64,000 nucleotides of DNA from Eledone cirrhosa (Eukaryota), in NCBI GenBank assembly GCA_964016885.1, contig OZ024741.1:411494001-411558000 (forward strand), read 5' to 3'. Below the pieces are notes generated by a model. It did no database searches, was not told the DNA's origin, and worked only from the letters and a program-made list of their open reading frames with translations. Of the stretch, positions 24,601 through 35,283 are shown one piece after another. How positions within the stretch are numbered: the stretch's first letter is position 1; the number at the start of each line of letters is the position of its first letter. The translations under genes were made by a program, and so were the position numbers.

Positions 24601-27448
24601 CCTGATAAACACACCCAGTACACTCTGATAAACACACCCAGTAAACTCTGACAAACACACCCAGTACACTCTGATAAACACACCCAGTACACTCTGATAA
24701 ACACACCCAGTACACTGTGATAAACACACCCAGTACACTCTGATAAACACACCCAGTACACTCTGATAAACACACCCAGTACACTCTGATAAACACACCC
24801 AGTAAACCCTGATAAACACATCCAGTACACCCTGATAAACACATCCAGTACACTCTGATAAACACACCCAGTACACTCTGATAAACACACCATGTACACT
24901 CTGATAAACACACTCAGTAAACTCTGATAAACACACCCAGTAAACCCGGATAAACACACCCAGTACACTCTGATAAACACACCCAGTACACTCTGATAAA
25001 CACACCCAGTACACTCTGATAAACACATCCAGTACACTCTGATAAACACACCCAGTACACTCTGATAAACACACCCAGTACACTCTGATAAACACACCCA
25101 GTACACTCTGATAAACACTCCCAGTACACTCTGATAAACACACCCAGTACACTCTGATAAACACACCCAGTACACTCTGATAAACACACCCAGTACACTC
25201 TGATAAACACACCTAGTACACTCTGATAAACACACCCAGTACACTCTAATAAACACACCCAGTACACTCTGATAAACACACCCAGTACACTCTGATAAAC
25301 ACACCCAGTACACTCTGATAAACACACCCAGTACACTCTGATAAACACATCCAGTACACTCTGATAAACACACCCAGTACACTCTGATAAACACACCCAG
25401 TACACTCTGATAAACACACCCAGTACACTCTGATAAACACACCCAGTACACTCTGATAAACACTCCCAGTACACTCTGATAAACACACCCAGTACACTCT
25501 GATAAACACACCCAGTACACTCTGATAAATACACCCAGTACACTCTGATAAACACACCCAGTACACTCTGATAAACACATCCAGTACACTCTGATAAACA
25601 CACCCAGTACACTCTGATAAACACACCCAGTACACTCTGATAAACACACCCAGTACACTCTGATAAACACTCCCAGTACACTCTGATAAACACACCCAGT
25701 ACACTCTGATAAACACACCCAGTACACTCTGATAAACACACCCAGTACACTCTGATAAACACACCTAGTACACTCTGATAAACACACCCAGTACACTCTA
25801 ATAAACACACCCAGTACACTCTGATAAACACACCCAGTACACTCTAATAAACACACCCAGTACACTCTGATAAACACTCCCAGTACACTCTGATAAACAC
25901 ACCCAGTACACTGTGATAAACACACCCAGTACACTCTAATAAACACACCCAGTACACCCTGATAAACACACCCAGTACACTCTAATAAACACACCCAGTA
26001 CACTCTGATAAACACACCCAGTACACTCTAATAAACACACCCAGTACACTCTGATAAACACACCCAGTACACTCTAATAAACACACCCAGTACACTCTAA
26101 TAAACACACCCAGTACACTCTGATAAACACTCCCAGTACACTCTGATAAACACACCCAGTACACTGTGATAAACACACCCAGTACACTCTAATAAACACA
26201 CCCAGTACACCCTGATAAACACACCCAGTACACTCTAATAAACACACCCAGTACACTCTGATAAACACACCCAGTACACTCTGATAAACACACCCAGTAC
26301 ACTCTGATAAACACACCCAGTACACTCTAATAAACACACCCAGTACACTCTAATAAACACACCCAGTACACTCTGATAAACACACCCAGTACACTCTAAT
26401 AAACACACCCAGTACACTCTAATAAACACACCCAGTACACTCTGATAAACACACCCAGTACACTCTGATAAACACACCCAGTACACTCTAATAAACACAC
26501 CCAGTACACTCTGATAAACACACCCAGTACACTCTAATAAACACACCCAGTACACTCTGATAAACACACCCAGTACACTCTAATAAACACACCCAGTACA
26601 CTCTGATAAACACACCCAGTACACTCTAATAAACACACCCAGTACACTCTAATAAACACACCCAGTACACTCTGATAAACACACCCAGTACACTCTGATA
26701 AACACACCCAGTACACTCTAATAAACACACCCAGTACACTCTGATAAACACACCCAGTACACTCTAATAAACACACCCAGTACACTCTGATAAACACACC
26801 CAGTACACTCTAATAAACACACCCAGTACACTCTAATAAACACACCCAGTACACTCTGATAAACACACCCAGTACACTCTAATAAACACACCCAGTACAC
26901 TCTAATAAACACACCCAGTACACTCTGATAAACACACCCAGTACACTCTGATAAACACACCCAGTACACTCTAATAAACACACCCAGTACACTCTAATAA
27001 ACACACCCAGTACACTCTGATAAACACACCCAGTACACTCTAATAAACACACCCAGTACACTCTGATAAACACACCCAGTACACTCTAATAAACACACCC
27101 AGTACACTCTGATAAACACACCCAGTACACTCTAATAAACACACCCAGTACACTCTGATAAACACACCCAGTACACTCTAATAAACACACCCAGTACACT
27201 CTGATAAACACACCCAGTACACTCTAATAAACACACCCAGTACACTCTAATAAACACACCCAGTACACTCTGATAAACACACCCAGTACACTCTGATAAA
27301 CACACCCAGTACACTCTAATAAACACACCCAGTACACTCTGATAAACACACCCAGTACACTCTGATAAACACACCCAGTACACTCTAATAAACACACCCA
27401 GTACACTCTGATAAACACACCTAGTACACTCTGATAAACACACCTAGT
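18675..27448. repeat. 23-bp satellite, ~380 copies (CAGTACACTCTGATAAACACACC)
   Basis: Directly visible period of 23, with variant domains and duplicated blocks. Confidence 0.98.
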
Positions 27449-27593
27449 AAAGTGGTGTGTGATAGGAAGGGCATTAAATTATCAAATGCTTGCCAAACAA
27501 AGGGTGAGAGAACTGCTCAGTTGTGTCAAAGACAAAACAAACTTCTTAGTGGTCCCACACAGTAGAGTGTAGCAACATAGTAAAATACAGACA

Positions 27594-28336
27594 ATGGTGA
27601 TGATGATGGCGATGGTGGTGGTGATGGTGATGGTGGTGATGGTGGTGGTGGTGGTGGTGGTGGTGGTGGTGATGGTGATGATGGTGGTGGTGATGGTGGT
27701 GGTGGTGGTGATGGTGGTGGTGGTGATGGTGATGATGGTGGTGGTGATGGTGGTGGTGGTGGTGATGGTGGTGGTGGTGGTGATGATGGTGGTGATGGTG
27801 ATGGCGGTGATGGTGATGGTGGTGGTGGTGGTGATGATGGTGGTGGTGATGGTGGTGGTGATGGTGGTGGTGGTGGTGGTTGTGATGGTGGTGGTGATGG
27901 TGGTGGTGGTGGTGATGGTGGTGGTGGTGGTGATGATGGTGGTGATGGTGATGGCGGTGATGATGGTGGTGGTGTTGATGGTGGTGGTGGTGATGGTGAT
28001 GATGGTGGTGGTGATGGTGGTGGTGGTGGTGATGGTGCTGGTGGTGGTGATGATGGTGGTGATGGTGATGGCGGTGATGATGGTGGTGGTGTTGATGGTG
28101 GTGGTGATGGTGGTGGTGGTGATGGTGGTGATGATGGTGGTGATGGTGGTGGTGATGGTGGTGATGGTGGTGATGATGATGATGATGGTGATGCTGATGA
28201 TGGTGATGGTGGTGATGATGATGATGATTGTGATGATGATGGTGGTGGTGATGGTGGTGGTGATGGTGGTGGTGATGGTGGTGGTGGTGATGGTGGTGGT
28301 GATGGTGGTGGTGATGGTGGTGGTGGTGGTGGTGAT
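27594..28336. repeat. Mixed (GTG/ATG)n trinucleotide tract
   Basis: Directly visible; ends ~45 bp before the exon D acceptor. Confidence 0.97.
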
Positions 28337-28381
28337 GTTGCTACAGCTGCTGCTGTAACCAATTCTCTTCTTTCTCCACAG

Positions 28382-28449
28382 ATTCCTGACATCATTGCTG
28401 CCATCGAACAAAATGTCCGATTGATAGAACAATATAAGTCTTCATTTAC
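28382..28449 (+). CDS. Host gene exon D (phase 0 in, 2 out): IPDIIAAIEQNVRLIEQYKSSF(T)
   Basis: Polypyrimidine tract ttctcttctttctccacag|, consensus donor |gtaagt. 68 nt = 22 codons + 2. Confidence 0.82.
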
Positions 28450-28481
28450 GTAAGTTGGTCATTAGTTCTGGGGGGTCATTA

Positions 28482-28600
28482 GTTCTTCTTCTTAGAAGTA
28501 TAATGGGCCTCACACACTCCTTCCAGGGGTTCCTATCAGAAGCAACCATCTTCAATTGATCCGATTGGATCCCCACGACCAACCAAGCTCATGAATTGTT
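28482..28600 (-). mobile_element. Short 3' remnant of an RTE-like LINE
   Basis: (CTT)n tail, then tccttcca..tcct.tcagaagcaacc.tct, similar to 36644-36775; reads ASDR..WKE on minus. Confidence 0.45.
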
Positions 28601-28651
28601 ATCCAAACATCTTACTGATGGTCTAACATGATAGTAGTACTGGAGCTATGT

Positions 28652-28822
28652 GGAGGCACATGGCTTAGTGGTTAGAGCATTGGGCTTGCAATCGAAAGGT
28701 TGTGAGTTCAATTCTCGGACTGGCTGATGTGTTGTTTCCTTGAGCAAGACATTTTAATTCACATTGCTCCAGTTTACTCAGCTGTAGAAATGAGATAATA
28801 GGGACTGGGGTCCCTATCATTA
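28652..28822 (+). mobile_element. tRNA-derived CORE-type SINE, 3'-truncated
   Basis: A-box TGGCTTAGTGG, B-box GAGTTCAATTC, CORE-like ccttgagcaagaca..cagtttactcagctgtagaaatg. Near-identical to 33958-34125. Confidence 0.85.
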
Positions 28823-29136
28823 AACAGCCAAGAAACCTCCAGTGAGATATACCTTGGAGGAGGCCAGCTAAACCTACATAGGTGTGAGCTGTAACAACAA
28901 CAATACTGGAGCTGTGATCTCTTGATTCGGAGAAGTAGCAGCTCGAATGACTCCCTCATCTCCGAGCTACTCACCCTATCAAGTAATGTTACTGCAAAGA
29001 CCTTTCACAGGAACCACGTTTCAGCCACTTTTATTTTGTTGCTCATTTCCCAAGATTCCTGACCATAAGTGTAGGCACTGAGATCGAACAAAGTCAGTGA
29101 GTTTTACTCCACATTTTCTTAAATTCTTCGCTTTCA

Positions 29137-29568
29137 GGTGGATTGGCAGTATCGGTAGAGGGTCGGACGCCATGCTTTGACGTATAGAGTTACGGCCCTT
29201 GCCATTCTGAGTTCAAATCCCGCCGAGGTTAACTTTGCCTTTCATCCTTACGGGGTCGATAAAATAAAGTACCAGTAATGCACTGAGTAATTGCTGGCCT
29301 TGTGCCAAAAGTAGAAACAATTATTATTATTACAGTCGAGTGGTAAAAGGCGGTGTAGCGGTAGAGTGGCGGACATGTTTTGTGGTATAGAGTTACTGCC
29401 CTTTATGTTCTGAGTTCAAAACCCGCCAAGGTTAACTTTGTTTTCCATCCTTACGGGGGGTCGATAAATAAAGCACCGGTAATATACTGGGGTCAATTTA
29501 ATTGACTTTCCTTTCCCATCATATTGCTGGCCTTGCGCCTAAATCAGAAACCATTATTATTATTATTA
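29137..29568 (+). mobile_element. Two tandem tRNA-derived Meta-domain-like SINEs with (ATT)n tails
   Basis: B-box gagttcaaatcc and gcctttcatccttacggggtcgataaaataaagtaccag (Meta-like). Copies at ~29137-29332 and ~29337-29568. Confidence 0.8.
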
Positions 29569-29569
29569 T

Positions 29570-29970
29570 CATGTTTGAAAGGGCTGAAGATGAGCACTTA
29601 CCTCTTCGGTGATGCCCTGATTAACTTTTTCAAATTTCATTTGAAAAGGAAAATCAGGGTAAAGAGGGAAGTGTTCTCTTCCCAGCATTTTGTTGAAAGA
29701 TGGGTGAAAGAAGCAAGTATGGCCCGAGTGAATGGGCCTACTCTGAGTATGTGTCTGTAAATTAAAGGTGGAAAACTGGGAGAGGGCACTTGCAAATGTC
29801 CCTCGGAAGTCTCCCCCCTATTGGGGAATTTTTCATTGTTATTTTTTATTACATCCTGTTTTTTTACACGCAGAAATGCCCATTTGTACCGTCCTGTATT
29901 GTCCTGTACTGTCCTTAATGTCTACTTTATGTAAACCCTTGTGGTTAATAAAGAAAGCATTATTATTATC
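29570..29970 (+). mobile_element. 5'-truncated 3' fragment of the Tx1-like LINE family
   Basis: LKGLK..YLFGDALINFFKFHLKRKIRV..FVERWV..RVNG aligns with the C-terminus of ORF 6188-7309. The 3' UTR resembles the reverse complement of 5890-6185. Flanked by ATT repeats. Confidence 0.9.
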
Positions 29971-29971
29971 A

Positions 29972-30180
29972 TGGCGGTGGATTGCCAGTATCGGTAGAGG
30001 GTTGGACGTCATACTTTGCAGCAAAGTATTACGGCCCTTTATGATCTGAGTTCAAATCCCGCCGAGGTTTACTTGCCTTTCATCCTTACGGGGTCGATAA
30101 AATAAAGTACCAGTAATGCACTGGGTAATTGCTGGCCTTGTGCCTAAAGTAGAAACAATTATTATTATTATTATTATTAT
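29972..30180 (+). mobile_element. Third Meta-domain-like SINE with (ATT)n tail
   Basis: Near-identical to 29137-29332. Confidence 0.82.
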
Positions 30181-30828
30181 GGTTTAAATTTTCAATATTT
30201 TTCCTGTCTTTATTGATGTAGGTTTGATGTTGTATCTGAAGCAAAGAAATCTTTATTTAAATATTTAATGAATGATGTTCAGAATATTTTTAAAAGTCAA
30301 AATATGATGGTAAATATTACATTTTATTTAACTTGAAATAATATTTCAAAAAAATATTATTTTTATCAAATTTTAACATAGTCTAAAAAAAAAAAATCAT
30401 CTTCATTATTTTTATATTTATTCTTCCATGAATGGTAAGTTTCAGAAAGCTGGTACAATGTGGTACAATAGAGTAGAAATATATATACATTGTGAGATAC
30501 AGACTCGTCAACTCTCCCTATCGGACGGGGAGATCTCCCACCACTTTTGGGTGGGTGAGAGATGTTTTCTTTTGTGAAAGTAGGTATAGCTTTCATTATG
30601 TAAAATCTCCCCATTTTGCCTCATTTCTTGGTACAATATGGTAGCAATATATAAAGGGTAAAGAATGACATATAAAACAAAACAAAGTAATGTTTTTACT
30701 CAGAATATTTCAGGGTTAATACCTCTTTGCAAATGTAAAAACGAAAGCGGTTCAAAATAAAACAAATGTGGTTCTCCCTAAATGGTCTGAGTATTTCACA
30801 TCAATCGTTTGTTTAATCTGAAAAAGTT

Positions 30829-32820
30829 ATATCATCATCATCATCATCATCATTTTACGTCCGCTTTTCCCTGCTTGCCAGCATCTCTCCACTCGTCACG
30901 GTCCTTCGTCATCTCCACCGTGAGCTTCGATGATCTGAGGTCTGTTCTCACCACCTCCGCCCATGTTTTTCGTGGTCTACCATGTCTTCCTTCTACTGGC
31001 ATTTCATGGCACTTCTTCACTCATCAGTCATCCTCCATGCGCATCACATGTCCATACCACCGCAATCTCCTCTCTCGCACACAACATTCTATCCCTCTCA
31101 GACACAGTTTCTCTCTCAACATATCCATGCTGGGTCGTTCATGCACATTGGCATTGCACATCCAGTGGGAGCATGCTTGCCTCCTTTCTCTCCAGCCATC
31201 GCATATCCTCTGCAGTTGCTGCCCAAGTCTTACTACTATGCAGCATCGCGCTCCTCACACAGGCATCATGTAACCAGCCTTTCGTACGCAGGGAGAAACC
31301 TTTCTTCAGCAGCAGAGGAAGCAGCTCCCTAAACTTCTTCCAACCCGTCCTTATTCTAGATACTATGGCATCGGAACACCCCCACCCCTCCCATGCTAAT
31401 CTGATCTCCTAGGTACCGGAAGCTATCAACCACTTCTATGGCACCCACCTGCATTTGAAAAATATGTCTATCAATGAGACTTCTACTGTCTAATTTCCCT
31501 GTACATCTACTGCATACGTATTTCTCCCTACCTGTTAGTTTGCCTGCTATCCCACTACATCTCTTGTGTACCCAAGATCTGCATTGTGGACATTTTATAG
31601 AATTTATGCCAGTTCCTTTTCTGCATATCGAACATGGCCATTTCCCTGACGGAATCAGAGTTTTGTCCTCTTTTCTACTCATCAACACTTTTGTCTTAGC
31701 TAGGTTCACTCTCAGTCCTCTTGATTCCAACTGCTGTTTCCATAGCCAGAATTTATTCTCTAGCTCCTCTACTGATTCTGCTATAAGAACCAGATCATCA
31801 GCATAGAGAAGTTCCCATGGACAGCCAGTCTTAAACTCCTTTGTTATGGCTTGGAGGACTATAATGAACAAGAGCGGGCTGAGGACCGAACCTTGATGTA
31901 CTCCTACTTGTATCTGGAATTCCTCACTAAACTCCATTCCTACCCTCACTTTACTGACAGCACCTCTGTACAAAGTTTGCACTGTCCTCACAAGCCATTC
32001 CTCAACACCTAGTTTCCTTAGGGACCACCAGATGACAGATCGGGGTACCCTATCAAAGGCCTTCTCTAGGTCAACAAAACTAAGTATAGTGGCTTATTCT
32101 TCTCTAAGAACCTCTCTTGTAATTGTCTCACCAAGAAGAGAGCATCTGTTATACTTTTCCCAGACACAAAACCAAACTGCATCTCATCTAATTTGACCCT
32201 TTCTCTAATTAGTTGTGCTAATATCCTTTCTGCCACTTTCATAATCTGATCCATCAGTTTTATACCCCTATAATTGCTCCTCTCCAGAGCATCCCCTTTA
32301 CCTTTGAAGCAATTTATGAGAATACTGCTGCACCAGTCTTTGGGTATGACACCGCCATATATAGCCTGATTGATGATGCGTGTAACCAGTTTAGTGCCTA
32401 CGTCCCCTGATGCCTTCAGCATCTCAGCGACTATCCCCGACGGTCCAGTGGCCTTTCATTTCCTTAATCGCCTCTTGGACCCTATATTCGTCAATCTCAA
32501 TAGCTGGTCCCTCTGTCAGATCTACTGAGAGTAATTTCTCTCTCTCCCATTCATAATGACATTTCACACTCATAATGACATTTCCAGGCCTCCCTGCGTG
32601 CTAAGTACACCTGACGTCTAGCTTCTCTCTTAGCGGCTGTATGTATATCCTTCTCTACTCCCACCCTTTTTCCAAGCCTTCCATGCTAGTCTTTTGTCGC
32701 TAATGGCCCTATCTACCGTGCTGTTCCACCACCAGGTCACTCTCTGTCTGGAGCTCTGCTCCAGCCACAAGTTTCATCAGTAGCCTGCAGTAAGTTGTCA
32801 CGTAAGAAATTCCAGTTCAT
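30829..32820 (-). mobile_element. 5'-truncated, internally deleted RTE-clade LINE (RT + PHD-like Cys/His finger) with (ATG)n tail
   Basis: Motifs NYRGIKLM, QFGF, GVHQGSVLSPLLF, LLYADDLVL, CSIC..CPQC.SWVHKRC..CSRC, FRYLG. C-terminus GRPRKTW..DL..DRDEWR; tail (ATC)n at 30829-30852. Confidence 0.9.
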
Positions 32821-32824
32821 ATTT

Positions 32825-33161
32825 ATCATCATTTCATTTTACGTCCGCTTTTTCCCTGCTTGCAAGTGTGGCACGGAAACTGATTTTGGCTTGATTTCTA
32901 CAGCTGGATGCCTTTCCTAACACCAACCTCATTTACAGTGAGTGCTGGGTGCTTTTTTGCCGTGGCACCTCCACGACCACTTTGCAGTGGAATGATATGG
33001 ACCCCAGTCCCTATCATCTCATTTCTACAGCTGAGTAAACTGGAGCAATGTGAAATAAAGTGTCTTGCTCAAGGAAACAACACATCACCCGGTCTGAGAA
33101 TTGAACTTACAACCTTTCGATTGCAAGGCCAATGCTCTAACTACTAAGCCATGTGCCTCCA
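32825..33161 (-). mobile_element. Full-length CORE-type tRNA SINE with RTE-like tail
   Basis: Reverse complement of 33958-34302. Confidence 0.9.
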
Positions 33162-33287
33162 TACATATATACATATATACATATATATATATATGAAGTA
33201 TTTCCGTAGGAAAGGTAAAGGAAAAGAGAGTGTTCTATGTAGGCTACAGAGCTTTTTAGTTATGTAATTAACAACATAAGATAATTA

Positions 33288-33351
33288 ATTCATTTACCAG
33301 TGGTTTCTTGAAGACAGATATTTATATCTGTCTTCAGTCATCAGAATGAAT
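33288..33351 (-). ncRNA. Type-I hammerhead ribozyme motif HH1 (palindromic stem III)
   Basis: Minus strand: AUUCAUU-CUGAUGA-C UGAAGACAGAUAU aa AUAUCUGUCUUCA A-GAAA-CCA c UGG-U-A^-AAUGAAU. Core intact, GUA triplet; the 10.1/11.1 pair is a C.A mismatch. Confidence 0.75.
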
Positions 33352-33357
33352 AATTTT

Positions 33358-33421
33358 ATTCGTTCTGAGATCTGAAGACAGATATAAATATCTGTCTTCA
33401 AGAAACCACTGGTAAATGAAT
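33358..33421 (+). ncRNA. Inverted partner of HH1 with damaged core (HH1')
   Basis: AUUCGUU-CUGAGAU-C..same stem II..A-GAAACCAcUGGUA-AAUGAAU. CUGAUGA is rearranged to CUGAGAU. Confidence 0.55.
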
Positions 33422-33734
33422 TAATTATCTTATGTTGTTAATTACATAACTATATATATATATATATTTATATTTTGTAATAATAAATGGGAAGACTAAA
33501 GGGTGAAAGCAGCGATTCTTTACTTAAACTTTAATGTGTTCTTATAACAACAAATATATATATATATATATGGGATGAAGTGATAAAAGCTGACCTTACC
33601 CAATTGCACCTCTCAAAGGTGATGACACAGGACTGTGACCTCTGGCGTCACGCAGTAATACAGAAGACACAACTCCCCATGGGTACAAGCTCAAGCTGAA
33701 GCATATAGACAGTATGCCCCACCCCCTCCTATTG

Positions 33735-33947
33735 CAAAGAGGTCGTGGAGGTACCACAGCAAAAAAGCACCCAGCACTCACTGTAAATGAGGTTGGTATT
33801 AGGAAGGGCATCCAGCTGTAGAAATCAAGCCAGAATCAGTTCTATATGAGCAAGACATGGTCAGCTGACTGGACACTGCCCACAACAGGACAGCCCGTCT
33901 AACCCATGCTAGCATGGAAGAACGGACATAAAATGGTGATGATGATA
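33735..33947 (+). mobile_element. 3' half of a related SINE with (ATG)n tail
   Basis: aaaaaagcacccagcactcactgtaaatgaggttggt..ggaagggcatccagctgtagaaatcaagcc matches 34160-34230. Confidence 0.75.
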
Positions 33948-33957
33948 TATATATATG

Positions 33958-34302
33958 TAGGCACATGGCTTAGTGGTTAGAGCATTGGCCTTGCAATCGA
34001 AAGGTTGTGAGTTCAATTCTCAGACCGGGTGATGTGTTGTTTCCTTGAGCAAGACACTTTATTTCACATTGCTCCAGTTTACTCAGCTGTAGAAATGAGA
34101 TGATAGGGGCTGGGGTCCCTATCATTCCACTGCAAAGTGGTCGTGGAGGTGCCACGGCAAAAAAGCACCCAGCACTCACTGTAAATGAGGTTGGTGTTAG
34201 GAAGGGCATCCAGCTGTAGAAATCAAGCCAGAACCAGTTCCCGTCCCACCCTTGCAAGCAGGGAAAAGTGGACGTAAAATGATGATGATGATGATGATGA
34301 TG
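33958..34302 (+). mobile_element. Full-length CORE-type tRNA SINE with RTE-like tail and (ATG)n
   Basis: A-box TGGCTTAGTGG, B-box GAGTTCAATTC, CORE-like segment, tail gcaagcagggaaaagtggacgtaaaa(tga)n. Confidence 0.9.
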
Positions 34303-34457
34303 TATGAGTATATAGAGAGAAGTAGACAAAGAGGTATGTGTTTAATGATAGGGGCTAGAGAACCACCAGAGTGAAGATCATATTGTTTACGAAAGGCTGC
34401 TACAGATCAATTAAAAGAATACATTAAACTGTACTAACCATCCAGTAATAACTATTA

Positions 34458-34537
34458 CACCTGGACATACTCTAATTAGAGAATGTTTCGCCACAGAAAG
34501 TGAAGGTTACATATTGTAGAGGGCTCGTCAACAGGTG
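34458..34537 (-). ncRNA. Type-I hammerhead ribozyme motif HH2 (C3U variant, large loop II)
   Basis: Minus strand: CACCUG-UUGACGA-GCC[29 nt]GGC-GAAA-CAU u CUCUAAUUAGAG u AUG-U-C^-CAGGUG. GUC triplet, 6-bp stem I, palindromic stem III. Confidence 0.72.
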
Positions 34538-34698
34538 GACTACAATATGGTCCTCACTTTTAAAAATATATCAGATAACTAAAATAACACATGGTGTAGA
34601 GAGAAGACACGCGTGTTATATAGCCCATGGTGGTGTAAATGGACCAAAAGACTGCTAAAAACAGCAGTTCAGAACCATTCAACTTAAGAAGCTCTAAC

Positions 34699-35283
34699 AA
34701 ACCAAACATTATAATAAATGTTCGGTGAATCCATACGTACATATATATATGTGTGCATGTATGTATATATATATACATACTACTGTACGTCTGTATACAT
34801 ATATGTATCAGCCGTACTAAGAGTGAGAAATGAAATTTCGTTTCATTCTTTTCCATTTATCGTTTTTGGTGCGCCCGGCTGACTAACTCACTCTATATGC
34901 AAATTAGGCTGCTCAGCCGTTAATATGCATAAGAAAGTATATACTTTCAAACGTTCAATCATCTGACAGGAAGGTATACGATGCTGACAATAGCTAATAA
35001 GCTTGAAACTAGTTCATCGTTCCTTTGTCAGTGTTGAACAAAAGGGCGTCGATGGTTGCCGAACACTGTACAGCTTAATTCGGGCTGTTTGTTTACAAAC
35101 AAACCAAACATTATAATAAATGTTTGGTAAACCCATACGTACATATATATATGTGTGCATGTATGTATATATATACATACTACTGTACGTCTGTATACAT
35201 ATATGTATGAACGTATACATACTTATATTTACGTATCAGCCATACTAAGAGTGAGAAATGAAATTTTGTTTCATTCTTTTCCA
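34699..35283. repeat. Direct repeat of ~155-185 bp (34699-34855 and 35100-35283), period ~400 bp
   Basis: aaaccaaacattataataaatgtt..ccatacgtacatatatat..tactactgtacgtctgtatac..tactaagagtgagaaatgaaattt..gtttcattcttttcca is present twice. Confidence 0.92.
34964..35030 (+). ncRNA. Minimal type-I hammerhead motif HH3 with G8A core mutation
   Basis: UGACAggAAGG uau ACGAUG-CUGACAA-U AGCU aaua AGCU U-GAAA-CUAG-U-U^-CAUCGU u CCUU UGUCA. Extended, bulged stem I; palindromic stem III ACUAGU. Confidence 0.6.

Larger units (their letters stand above)
33257..33452. repeat. 196-bp palindrome (~81-bp perfect arms, near-palindromic centre) adjacent to (TA)n
   Basis: tagttatgtaattaacaac..gtcttcag (33257-33337) is the exact reverse complement of ctgaagac..attacataacta (33372-33452). 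Confidence 0.95.

Noticed and set aside
18661-27443. Very long Cys-rich minus-strand ORFs (up to 1149 aa, VFIRVYWVCLSECTGCVYQSVLG repeats)
   Set aside because: The 23-bp unit has no stop codon in any minus frame, so all three frames give the same peptide. There are no unique termini; this is a satellite artefact.
27482-28432. Extensin-like (SPPPP), poly-Thr and poly-Val/Met ORFs; also 15506-15826
   Set aside because: These are translations of (GTG/ATG)n microsatellites.
30440-30520. Minus-strand UUGACGA..GAAA as another hammerhead
   Set aside because: No stem I complement follows a UH site and there is no convincing stem II.
33257-33452. Palindrome as a simple Tc1/mariner MITE or pre-miRNA
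   Set aside because: Not excluded, but the arms contain a complete hammerhead topology and no recognisable transposon TIR end, so a ribozyme-bearing retroelement origin explains more.
33958-34030. tRNA gene-like sequences (also 28652, 29137, 29972, 33090-33161)
   Set aside because: A/B boxes run into SINE body and tail sequences, and no complete cloverleaf is evident.
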